From positions 32,001 through 96,000 of the forward strand of contig CAWHWX010000016.1 of the NCBI GenBank assembly GCA_963833125.1: DNA of 64,000 bases. Direction: 5' to 3'. The notes beneath the pieces are model-generated. The model made no database searches, was not told the DNA's origin, and worked only from the letters and a program-made list of their open reading frames with translations. How positions within the stretch are numbered: the first letter of the stretch is position 1; every line of letters starts with the position of its first letter. Positions 54,487 to 64,000 of this stretch are shown here, in pieces. A program made the translations under genes and the position numbers. The stretch is from Candidatus Bathyarchaeota archaeon (GTDB taxonomy: Archaea; Thermoproteota; Bathyarchaeia; 40CM-2-53-6).

Positions 54487-55200
54487 TTGATGTTCAGCTT
54501 GAAGATGGGACGACAAGCCTACGTGGCTGAATTCATCGGGACATTCGCACTAGTCTTCTTCGGTTCAATGTCAGTTATCGTGTTCTTCCCAGCTCTCGGG
54601 TACTCCGTGCCCCAAGCCTCATTCCTTGGAGTCGCGTTCGCACACGGATTAATTCTAATGATTATGGTTTACACGATTGGGTGGATTTCGGGTTGCCACA
54701 TTAACCCCGCAATAACCATCACCGCCGTAGCCCTCAAGAAGATGGAGGCTAGCGATGGCGTGGTGTACTTGGTGGCGCAAGTTTTGGGGGCTATTCTTGC
54801 AGGTGCGGTTGACGGGTTGATCCAGCCTGGGAATGGGTCTCTCATAAAGTTCGGACTACCGTCTCCGTCACCAATAATTGGTCAAAGCGAACTCATCGCG
54901 GTTCTCGTTGAGCTCATCATCACATTCTTCCTAATGTTCTCGGTTTACGCTGTTCTATACTCTGGTAAGGTGCATCCTGCTGCGTCCGGTTTGTTGATTG
55001 GGATGACCTTGGCTGTGGACGTCCTTATCGCTGGCCCTCTGACTGGTGGCGCAGCGAATCCTGCGAGGTGGCTTGGTCCAGCCGTTGCTTCCATGGATTT
55101 TGATAGCTTCTGGGTCTACTGGGTGGGTCCAATTGCAGGCGCCCTTCTCGGAGGGTTCACTTGCGAGTACCTTATGACACCGCAGAAAAGAAAGAGGTAA
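54487..55200 (+). CDS. Aquaporin (MIP family)
   Basis: AEFIGTF, SGCHINPA, GGAANPAR, WVYWVGP. Confidence 0.95.
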   Translation: MMFSLKMGRQAYVAEFIGTFALVFFGSMSVIVFFPALGYSVPQASFLGVAFAHGLILMIMVYTIGWISGCHINPAITITAVALKKMEASDGVVYLVAQVLGAILAGAVDGLIQPGNGSLIKFGLPSPSPIIGQSELIAVLVELIITFFLMFSVYAVLYSGKVHPAASGLLIGMTLAVDVLIAGPLTGGAANPARWLGPAVASMDFDSFWVYWVGPIAGALLGGFTCEYLMTPQKRKR

Positions 55201-55206
55201 CCCAAA

Positions 55207-56013
55207 CTATTTTCCGAAGGTCTGGTTCACGTCTCCGACCTTGTGAATGACGCGGATTTCTATTCCACTCTTTCTTAGCAATGTCGGCAACTTCCCGACC
55301 CTAGAAATGTGAAACTTAGCGAGGACGCTCTTCGAGGTGCTTGCTAGATCGACATGTTCCGTACTAGCCCGAATCAGAGCTGTTCCGTTCTCCGCAACAA
55401 CATTTGTGCGAATCAGTTTCACCCAGTGTTCCTCTCTCCCCTTCTCGGCTTCTTTTCCCGTAATCTTCCGCTCTAACAGTAACTTGTACGGGTCGAATCC
55501 CTCGTCAAGGAATATCGTTTTCTTTACGCTTGGCGGGCTGATCTCTGGTGGCCTAACTCCGACGAACCTGAATGACTGTTCGAGTTCGCTTGGCTCGAAC
55601 GGCACTCCTTGAAGAAAGAGCGTATGTGGAGCCAGGGATTCAGCTTGGCGTTGGCCACTGTATGCATTATACACGGCGTTCGCAATAAATCGGAAACTCG
55701 ATTGCAGCACGGCAAGCATTTCCATATCCCCCTCAGAATAGACTTGAAGAGTACGCATGGCTTCCCGGTAATTCTTCTCGGAGGGAGAAAACTCGAAGAG
55801 AAGTTCCAACCCTTGCTTTACAATGTCCAGAGCAGAATACTTGGCCAAGTTCTTCTGGGGGACCCTGAATCGCTTAAGGTTTAGTTGCAGAAGCGAGTTA
55901 ACTGCACTTCTCATATCTCGAACGGTAACGCTGTCGAGTGGGCAGCTCTCAGCAATGGCATAAAGCGTCCCCTGCTCGTCCATCTCTTGTGCGTCACCTC
56001 CTGAAGTCGTCAT
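55207..56013 (-). CDS. Hypothetical protein
   Basis: 268-aa ORF with a TATA-like element upstream. Confidence 0.7.
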   Translation of the reverse strand: MTTSGGDAQEMDEQGTLYAIAESCPLDSVTVRDMRSAVNSLLQLNLKRFRVPQKNLAKYSALDIVKQGLELLFEFSPSEKNYREAMRTLQVYSEGDMEMLAVLQSSFRFIANAVYNAYSGQRQAESLAPHTLFLQGVPFEPSELEQSFRFVGVRPPEISPPSVKKTIFLDEGFDPYKLLLERKITGKEAEKGREEHWVKLIRTNVVAENGTALIRASTEHVDLASTSKSVLAKFHISRVGKLPTLLRKSGIEIRVIHKVGDVNQTFGK

Positions 56014-56105
56014 TTAGGGAAGAAATTTAGTCAATAATTTAAGCTGGGGGGATTTCGCGGAACTAAAGTAGTAGGTAGCTGATTTTTACCCCGGATGCAT
56101 CGGAA

Positions 56106-56573
56106 TTGAAGGCGAAACTGGACCATGTTGGTATACTAGTGGAGAAACTCGACGAGCCATTGATCGATTTCTACCGGCAGGTGCTTGGCTGCGAGAAACC
56201 ACGGTTTTTCCGTGTGGACAACGAAGACGAAGAGATGAATTACGTATACCTCCCACTGCCAAAGGGAGACAATTACGTTGAACTCCTTGCCCCAGTAAGA
56301 GGGCCCAGCAAGGAACTCTTGAAGAAGAAGGGCGCAGGCACAATGTTCGAGTTATGCGTGGAAGTAGATAGCATAGAAGAATTCTATGACGAAATGAAGG
56401 GGAGGGGAATTACTCTCTGCGATCCGATGGGTCGGCCTTTGCGAGAGGACAGGAAATGGTGTTCAATTCCTGGTGACGATAACAAATATGCATACCTACC
56501 CGAAGACAAGACATTCGGCACAACGATAGAAATCCTGGAACGGAACACATGGAAACGTAATACATACTGGTAG
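56106..56573 (+). CDS. VOC/glyoxalase family protein (methylmalonyl-CoA epimerase-like)
   Basis: LDHVGILV, YVELLAP, GTTIEILE. Confidence 0.85.
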   Translation: MKAKLDHVGILVEKLDEPLIDFYRQVLGCEKPRFFRVDNEDEEMNYVYLPLPKGDNYVELLAPVRGPSKELLKKKGAGTMFELCVEVDSIEEFYDEMKGRGITLCDPMGRPLREDRKWCSIPGDDNKYAYLPEDKTFGTTIEILERNTWKRNTYW

Positions 56574-56599
56574 CGGACGAGAATTGGGCAAAATCGAAA

Positions 56600-56857
56600 T
56601 AACTGCAAACCTTGGATCGTCTGTGATGTTCGGAGTATCGTGGGCTTGCACCATGTAGTGGAATGCAGGTCGCGGATTATCCGGTCCATCAACTGTGTTG
56701 CAATGGTCAAACTGGTCGGCCAGTACGGACCAGCGTTCGTGGCGGCACCGATGTGGTCTGGTGTGATGCAGTTCAGAGTACTCAACTGGTAGTCTGGGCG
56801 CCATCCGCCCCAGGAAGGAAATTTCTCGAATAACTGGTCGAACTTACCGGTTGTCAT
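56600..56857 (-). pseudogene. Possible remnant of a cyclase (kynurenine formamidase-like) gene
   Basis: N-terminus SWGGWRPDYQLSTLNCITPDHI resembles the family motif NWGRWGxDDxLGTLNxITP; the rest is missing. Confidence 0.4.
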
Positions 56858-56900
56858 GTCATGGTTGTTGTTTTCGTCGGTGTGCGCAGGTGTCGGGAAC

Positions 56901-58073
56901 CTACCTAGCGGTTAGTAAGTCTCCGTGTCCAGGTCCTCGGGGGATAATCGGCCAGATGTCGACAACTACCCCCCCCTCGACCACATGGTACGCATCGTAG
57001 AGGTTTACTGTAGTTGGACCATACCCTGGAACGAACTCCATGGTACTTCCAAGTTTGAGGCTACATCGCTTGTCGACATCGAAGAGGGCATGCTCCTCCG
57101 CAAAGTAGCGTGCCGCGTAGAATGGGTAATCCAACATCGTGGGTTGTACAAAGTCGATGCCGACTGACTTACGACCGCAGTCAAATACGATTGTGTCTCC
57201 GTGCTGTATAACCACCGTCCCCAGAACAGTCAGCGATTTCGAGAAACCCGGGACTAGGTTTCCATGGAAATTATCCATAAAAACGTAGGACCCTGCTTGA
57301 ATCTCAGTAACACGTGGATCTGCGCCCGTAATATCATAAGTACCAGTTCCGCCAGCCGAAACTATCTCACATTTGAACCCAGCCTCAGCTAGGCGACTGA
57401 CTACCGTACCGATATGATCCATGGCTTCCCGAGCTTTCTTTACTCTCAATTCATGATCCGGTTCAAGCATACAATGTCCTTCGTAGCCCTGCACGCCTCT
57501 GAACCTGAGGCCAGAAAGCGTAGCCAAATGTTTAGCCAGGTCTACGGCTTCATCTGGAGAACGAACACCCCCCGCCGCCATTCCGACATCTATCTCGATG
57601 ATGACGTCAAGTTTGCTTCCTACCTTAGAAACAGTCTTGGAGATGTCATCGGCATTATTCGCATCATCAACTGTGACCGTGAGGTGTCCATCTTTCGCGA
57701 CTTCGGCAAGCGTTTGGATTTTCTCCTTACCGACCACCTCATTCGCGATTAACACGTCTTCGATACCGCCGCGGCTCATTACGAGGGCTTCCCAGACTGT
57801 GGCTGTGCAAACTCCGATCGCTCCCGCTTCGACTTGCATTTTGGCTAATTCAATGCTTTTCTGGACCTTTATGTGAGGTCTCAGTTTAGCGTGCAGTGAT
57901 TTCAAACGTTGTGTCATGAAATTGATGTTGCGACGAACCACATCCAAGTCCAAGATCAATGCCGGCGTTATGAGCCCACGGCGATGTCTGCCTAACGCTG
58001 AACGGTATGAGTTGCGTACGCGCTTCTGAATTTCATCAATCTCTGGATAGGTTCTCGCACTTCGTTGACTCAA
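56901..58073 (-). CDS. PLP-dependent D-threonine aldolase/D-serine dehydratase (DSD1) family enzyme
   Basis: TPALILDLD, LRPHIKVQK, QGYEGH, SAGGTGT, EIQAGSYVFMD, EEH. Confidence 0.9.
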   Translation of the reverse strand: MSQRSARTYPEIDEIQKRVRNSYRSALGRHRRGLITPALILDLDVVRRNINFMTQRLKSLHAKLRPHIKVQKSIELAKMQVEAGAIGVCTATVWEALVMSRGGIEDVLIANEVVGKEKIQTLAEVAKDGHLTVTVDDANNADDISKTVSKVGSKLDVIIEIDVGMAAGGVRSPDEAVDLAKHLATLSGLRFRGVQGYEGHCMLEPDHELRVKKAREAMDHIGTVVSRLAEAGFKCEIVSAGGTGTYDITGADPRVTEIQAGSYVFMDNFHGNLVPGFSKSLTVLGTVVIQHGDTIVFDCGRKSVGIDFVQPTMLDYPFYAARYFAEEHALFDVDKRCSLKLGSTMEFVPGYGPTTVNLYDAYHVVEGGVVVDIWPIIPRGPGHGDLLTAR

Positions 58074-58500
58074 GCTAAACGGCTCTCAACGTCCATGGGA
58101 AATCTCTGGTAATAAGAACCATGGCTCAGGTTCAGGATTAGACATTCATCTAATGCATTCCGACTTACGGTAGTTAACAATCACCTTGGAACCTTCAACG
58201 GCGAATCTTCGGGTAATGGCGCTGCCGATTCTAGCCCGAACCACCAGTAACGATCGTGACTCTATCTTTCAATTTCATGAGTGAGATCACGAGAAGGAGA
58301 TGAGGTCTTTATTCTAAAATCTTCTTCGAAGATCTAATACCGTAACCTTCCTGATTGACAGATTGTTTTTGCTTCAATGTCCTACGGAAACCGATTATTA
58401 ATCAAGTAGCGAGTCCTCGAACGTTCAATTTGAGGCTTGAAATCGGCCGCCTTCATGCCAAGTGTTAAATATAGTTCGAAGAACCAGTTTTCAGATCCCC

Positions 58501-60075
58501 TTGTCTACACAGAAGGTATTCCTACGGGAAGCAACTGGATTAGTTAGGTCCTTCACATGGTATGATGCGACTATATTGAGCCTGGCCGTAACAGGACCTA
58601 CCCTGTTCGGAATGTCCTCCCAAATCGGCTACGTAGCCCCTAACGGACCTGGAGCCGACTTCACAATTTCCGCGATCATTGGATTCCTGTTCATGATCCC
58701 CCTCGCAGTAGTATACTACATCTTTTCGGTTCAGATGCCAAGATCCGGAGGGGACTATGTGTGGCTTGGGCGAACACTGAACCCAATTTTGGGATTTGTT
58801 GGGGGATGGGCTATGTTCATTTCATTCATTGCGCTTCTAGCAAGCGCATCTGTAACGGAACCCGCAGTCGTTATACCAGACGTAGGCGTAGCCTTAGGAT
58901 ACATCTGGAACAACCCAGGACTAATTTCCTGGGGACAGAACTTCGCGAGTAGTACGACAAATCTATTCGCTGGGACGATCCTCACGATAATTATTGGGAT
59001 TATTATCGCCGCTTGCACGCCAAGGGTTTACAGTCGTATTATGCTCGTTTTAGCTGGAATAATCTTCATTGCCTCTTTCATCTTCATCGGCGCCTTCGCG
59101 ACCCAACAAGTGCCTCATTTGCGACAGGGCTAAGTAACTTAACGAATGGAACCATGACGGTTAATGGAGTTGTATCTCAAGCCGCATCGGCGGGTATGCC
59201 TTTCGTTCCGGTGAATCAGACCGCCACTTTCCTAGCAGTCCCATTTGGGGTCTTGCTATTCAACGGATTCAATTATTCCGTCTACATCTCTGGCGAAGTA
59301 AGGAATGTGAAGAATGGAATGCTATGGGGTGTGATGGTTGCACTATTGATCTGCGGAATTCTCGATATAACGGGACTCTACTTCATAACGAACGCGGAAA
59401 GCTACCCATTCATGCAAGCAGTGTTTGGGTTATTCAACCAGGGTAAGCTCTCCCTAGGAGTTTCCCCATGGTCGCCCGTTTTCATCCCAGCAGTCCTAAG
59501 CAACCCATACCTATCGAGTTTCGTCGAGATCGGATTTCTATTATTCAACTTCTGGTGGGCCGCAGGCCTCGCCATCTGCATCTCGAGGTACGTGTTCGCA
59601 TTCTCATTCGACCGGGTACTTCCAACCGTTTTCGCAGATGTGAACGATAGACTCCACGTCCCGTTGAAAGCGGTCGGGTTGACTTTCGTAATTTCAGTCA
59701 TCCTAACCTACATCGCCATATACACGACATACATCGGACAGCTGCTCAATGTGGTTACGATTTGGGCCGTCGTCTGGATTCTGGTAGGAATATCGGCCAT
59801 TGTCCTTCCATTTTGGAAGAAAGAATTCTCCAAGGGTCTCATTGGCGGTCGTTGGTTACTTCCAATCTTTGGCGTTCTAACAATCATAGGCATGGGAACT
59901 ACCCTCTACTGGTCTGTGACAAACCCTGCAATTGGGCCCTCGACTCCGGCCTCGACCCTCCTGCTGGTCGTGATATTCGGATCCGCTGTCGTCATCTACC
60001 TAGCGGCGATACTTCTACTTCAAGGGCAAAGGTCTTGACCTTATCAAGGGCCAAATGGAGATACCGCCAGAATAA
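58501..60075 (+). CDS. APC-family amino acid permease; frameshifts near 59105 and 60010
   Basis: VFLREATGLVR, MPRSGGDYVW, YISGEV, SRYVFAFSFDRVLP, C-terminal EIPPE. Confidence 0.9.
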
Positions 60076-60199
60076 GAAGACCAACAGAGCGAACAAATCT
60101 CCAAATACTCTGCCGCCTTAAGGTGCGTCATCGGTCAATGCCGTCGATGCACCGTACGTTATTTTTCGGTCAGCTAAGTCTTGGAGAAGGGTGGGCGTT

Positions 60200-60649
60200 C
60201 TAGGATTTCTCTGATCTCGGACGTAATCTGAACGTCTTTCTCGTATGTAATTCTAAACACCCATCGGAGCAGGTTCGCTGGGATATGATGCCGACCAGTT
60301 TTCCTTTCTCAACCACAGGTAGTCGCCTGACGCCGTGTTTGAGCATTGCAGCCATTGCTTCCTGGTTGGTCGGACGTGCTACCGTAATCAGTGGACCTGA
60401 CATTACGTTCCTAACTGGAGTTTTGAGAGCATTTGTTCGTTTCGCCACGTACCGTGAGATATCACGTTCTGTGACGATCCCCACTGGTGTCCCTTCTTCA
60501 ACGACTACGATGCTTCCAATATTCCGCTTCACCATTTTCTGCAATGCGTACTTCAGCGATCGCTTTGGTTCAACGGTCTCAACCCTAACTGCCATAAGAG
60601 CTTCCACTGAGTCTGAATCAACCACGTCAGGCAAACCCGTCATCAACAC
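60200..60649 (-). CDS. CBS-domain protein
   Basis: IGSIVVVE...VGIVTERDI and VRRLPVVE.GKLVGIIS. Confidence 0.88.
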   Translation of the reverse strand: MLMTGLPDVVDSDSVEALMAVRVETVEPKRSLKYALQKMVKRNIGSIVVVEEGTPVGIVTERDISRYVAKRTNALKTPVRNVMSGPLITVARPTNQEAMAAMLKHGVRRLPVVEKGKLVGIISQRTCSDGCLELHTRKTFRLRPRSEKS

Positions 60650-60895
60650 ACTGGCGCTTTCATCGGGATTAAAGGCTTCTTGGGAAAACCAAGTCTACGA
60701 CTACTAGGCTCTTTTTTGCGAGCTGCAAAAAAAAGGCCGTCCGTCCGAGAAACGTCTTACCGAAGCAAATCCAGGAAATCGTGTAACCTAGACCGGAAAT
60801 TTGGATTATAGCAGGTTACGAGGCGTCTTTTATGTTAGGGCCTCTCTCTTGGCCGAGTTGGTGTTGAAAGAGATGCTCCCTGTGGATTCAGCTGG

Positions 60896-61144
60896 GTGGG
60901 TCATAAACGGCAGATCGTTGTTGAGGTTCTAGGATGGTATGGATTGATCGCTATCGTACTTGCCTATGGGACCGTGAGTCTGAGCTTTGCTTCGCCGAAT
61001 AGTTTGGCGTATCAGTTCTTGAATCTAAGCGGAGCCGTAGGGCTTGGCCTAGTAGCGTTCGCTAAGAGGGCGTATCAAAATGGCGTTCTAAATGTGGTTT
61101 GGGGCGCAATAGCTGTCGTGGCTTTGATACATCTAATTCTCTGA
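60896..61144 (+). CDS. Small membrane protein (CBU_0592-like)
   Basis: LGWYG...LAY, YQFLNLSGA, AYQ..LNVVW. Confidence 0.75.
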   Translation: MGHKRQIVVEVLGWYGLIAIVLAYGTVSLSFASPNSLAYQFLNLSGAVGLGLVAFAKRAYQNGVLNVVWGAIAVVALIHLIL

Positions 61145-61183
61145 ACTCTGCCGTCGAAAACAGCTGTATGGTTAAGGGAATTT

Positions 61184-62077
61184 TCAGTATGCGCTGGTCG
61201 GTAAGAACTTCTCTACTCGTTTCCTGAGCTCTATAGCGGCTTTTGACCATTTCCCGTCGCACACATTGTTTAGGTAACTGTCATTCTCAAATTCGAGCGA
61301 GAGATACCCACGGTACCGAGAATTTCGTAGAGCCATGAAGAACTTCTTCCAATCGACTACTCCCTCGCCAAGAAATGGGAAAATGAAGGTTTCTCCAAGG
61401 CCTCCCGGTTTCCCGAAGGCATCCTTCACATGTACATGTCACACTTTATCACCGAGCATTTTCGCCGCCCAAACGGGGTCATTTCCATACACCACAAAGT
61501 GAGATAGATCCAGGTTCACTCCAAGATACTTGGAATCAAAGTAACTCAGAAACTCCTTAACAGTATAGTAATCGTGCACCAACATTCCGAATACAGGTTC
61601 AACCGTAACCACGACATGATTCTTCTCCGCCGACTCGACCAGATTAGAAAATGAATCGACAACAACCTTCCAAGCTTCGCATTCCGAGATTTCCCGACCA
61701 ATCCTCTGAAACTCAGGATTCCAAGTCATCGGTCCCGTGAAGACGTTCATCAAGGGGATGGATAATTCGCTCGCTTCCCCCAACATAGCGGTCAAGACTT
61801 TCAGACTCCTATTCCTAACGCTACGATTCTTCGTTACGAGATCCTGCCAACACATTATGTTCGATACGGCGAGGCCACGTCTTCTCGTTTTGATGACCAG
61901 CTTTCTGAGTTCCCTGGTAGTCCGGAAATGCTGACCTAGCATCCATTCTACACCCAGCAGTACCCTGCTTTCGAGATGACACAGGATGGCTTCGTCAGTT
62001 GACGGCGAAGCCCAAACCGCCGGGGAAGTCATGTAGTAAGGGATCAATGATAACTTCCAGTCGGAGGCTCTTGTCAA
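61184..62077 (-). CDS. Sugar phosphate isomerase/epimerase (xylose-isomerase-like TIM barrel); frameshift near 61440
   Basis: VEPV, NLDLSHF, HVHVKDA, LGEGVVDW, YRGYLSLEFE. Confidence 0.85.
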
Positions 62078-62081
62078 TTTT

Positions 62082-62925
62082 CTAGTAAGAGCCTCCTATT
62101 TCCTTCACGACGAGGCCTATTTCTGTCAGACATTTTTCATCTTCCGCTTTCTCGCCTAAAGTAAAATGCGTCATCCCAGCGTCCACATACTGTTCAACGT
62201 CTCTCCGAAGAGTCTGGATGTCTGTTCGGTTGATTAAGTTCGTAAATGCAAATTGGTCATGAGGATATTTTCGCTTGCTCAACTCGTCGAGGATTACTTT
62301 TCCCATTTCCGCATATTCGTTAGGTTTGGGGTAGCTATCGTCGAACCATCTCGGGCCTATAGGCATCCATCCATCCGCATACTTTCCCCGCCTACGTGAA
62401 GCGACACTGGTAGATGTCCCCCCCACCAGATTGGTGGATAGGGTTTCTGAATTGGTTTAGGCTCGAGAGCGGCACCCTTTGCGTTACATATTTCCCATGG
62501 GAATCCACCAACACCGGCTCGGTCCATAAGCGTTTCATCAATCGGATTGCTTCAAGGCTAAACCGAGATTCTCTCCTTATTCTCATGCCATTCGGAATAC
62601 CCTTCGAACTCAGGCCGGTACCACCCAAACCCCACTCCAACTATCAGGCGTCCATCAGACAGGTAATCTATAGTTGAGGCCATCTTTGCTAGAATACCCG
62701 GCGGTCGAAATGTGAGGGGTGTAACGGCCGTTCCTAATCTGAGTTTGACGGTTTTCGCGGCGGAGTAAGGGAGGAAGTCCAAACATCGATATGATTGTTT
62801 GAGTTTGGGAGCATGAAATGATCTGTTACAAGAAAATAATCATAACCCACTTTTTCGGCTTCCACTGCGAGTCTTTCGATGAGCTTCGGTTTTGCCCGTC
62901 CAGTGACAGCTATTCCACACTTCAA
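62082..62925 (-). CDS. LLM-class flavin/F420-dependent oxidoreductase; several frameshifts
   Basis: AE..GYD...VTDHF, LRLGTAVTP..FRPPGILAKM..T.D.LS.GRL..GVG.GW, ADGWMP. Confidence 0.85.
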
Positions 62926-62999
62926 TCCACATACCTCGCTGAAGGAGGTCGATGTAGACTAAGGCTAATATACAAAGCGAATCGCCTGTCTTCTACGAG

Positions 63000-63502
63000 A
63001 TGACAACCTATGCCCACACAGTCCCCATCTGGAATGAGGATTACTCAGTCACGGTAGTTGTGAAGGATTTACGGAAAACGATGGAAGCATATCACAAGAT
63101 TCTCGGTTGGGGCCCTGGAGTGTCTACGAACATAAACCCCCAATCCTGCACCACCAAGAACTCCATGGAAAATCGGCTAACTATTCCATGCTTGGCGCGG
63201 AAGTCCACTGTGACCCGATCGACTTCGAGATACTGCAACCTTTGGAAGGACCGAGTATCTACAAGGAGTTCTTAGAAGAGAAAGGTGAAGGACTGCATCA
63301 CGTTTCGGTTGTTAGCCCTGCTGAGGATGTTGAAAAAGCACTCGCCGATTTCAAGAAAAACGGCGTTGACGTAATGATGAGCGGAAGGCTAGGTGAGAAC
63401 ATCAGGTTCTACTACATGGATACTGAGCCAGTTTTGAAGATGGTGGCTGAGACCGTCAGTGGTCACGCGATTTCTATGAAGCCCATCTACACCTACCCTT
63501 GA
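63000..63502 (+). CDS. VOC family protein; frameshift near 63110
   Basis: VVVKDL, GPWSVY, FEILQPLEGPSIY.EFL..KGEGLHHV, YMDT. Confidence 0.85.
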
Positions 63503-63560
63503 CATTCATCCATCGAAAATAGAAGCAAGCGCCGTAACAGACAAGCCCGAGGAGATCGAG

Positions 63561-64000
63561 ATGTCTGATTTCAGCCTACCAGGCGTTGAACAACGAATCA
63601 TTGATGACTTGGCGAGTAAAACGGTTGAAGTAGCTCGTGGATTGTTTGAGAACCACCTAGTAACCTCCACATTCGGTGTCGTGAGCAATCGAATCCCCAA
63701 CACCGACTATTCACTGATTACTCCGAGCGGGTTCAGCAAACTCACACTCAATACCCGCCATCTGATCATCGTAGACCTAGACGCCAAACTTGTTCAAGGA
63801 AATTTCAGGCCATCCGTAGAAACCGCCATGCATACTTACATACACAAGAATCGGCCCGAAATCAGTACGGTGATTCATACGCACTCACCGATGGCCTGCG
63901 CGTTTGCAGCCGCTAACATGGAGATTCCATGTGTGTCAGCGGAACAAGCATTCTACCTTGGAGGCAGAGTACCTCTGGTAAGGAAATATTCACTTCCCGG
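63561..64000 (+). CDS. Class II aldolase/adducin family protein, partial
   Basis: Manual translation: G.VS.R, ITPSG, PSVE..MH, VIHTHS; runs off the window end. Confidence 0.85.
   Translation, partial: MSDFSLPGVEQRIIDDLASKTVEVARGLFENHLVTSTFGVVSNRIPNTDYSLITPSGFSKLTLNTRHLIIVDLDAKLVQGNFRPSVETAMHTYIHKNRPEISTVIHTHSPMACAFAAANMEIPCVSAEQAFYLGGRVPLVRKYSLP

Overview
The window looks like two unrelated DNAs joined at about 39,990. Part A (1 to ~39,990, GC-rich) is an Acidobacteria-type conjugative element (ICE or plasmid). It carries a leftward replication/recombination module (RDF/gp3-like protein, AEP primase), a PadR-ADOP permease cargo cassette, and a ~21 kb minus-strand transfer region: MoxR ATPase, VirB1, VirB9, VirB10, three pilin-like genes, VirB3, VirB4, two VirB5-like genes, VirB6, VirB8, a second VirB9, VirD4 and a Replic_Relax protein. 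An accessory region follows (KAP NTPase, ECF sigma/anti-sigma, putative nuclease, MBL hydrolase). The main discovery is a ~920-aa single-subunit two-barrel RNA polymerase homolog (eukaryotic RdRP/QDE-1/YonO-like, catalytic GGDFDFD) embedded inside the T4SS operon. It sits behind a structured leader with terminator/antiterminator architecture. Upstream of the whole transfer operon are three 26-bp repeats at an exact 91-bp period that contain sigma54-type -24/-12 boxes. Part B (~39,990-64,000, lower GC) is archaeal chromosomal DNA (Bathyarchaeia-like by gene content), with tRNA-Ser(GCT) carrying a non-canonical D-loop intron, an Lhr helicase, ThyX, citryl-CoA lyase, an aquaporin and metabolic genes. 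Many genes in both parts carry single-base frameshifts, most likely long-read sequencing errors. All family assignments come from motif recognition by eye, not from database searches.
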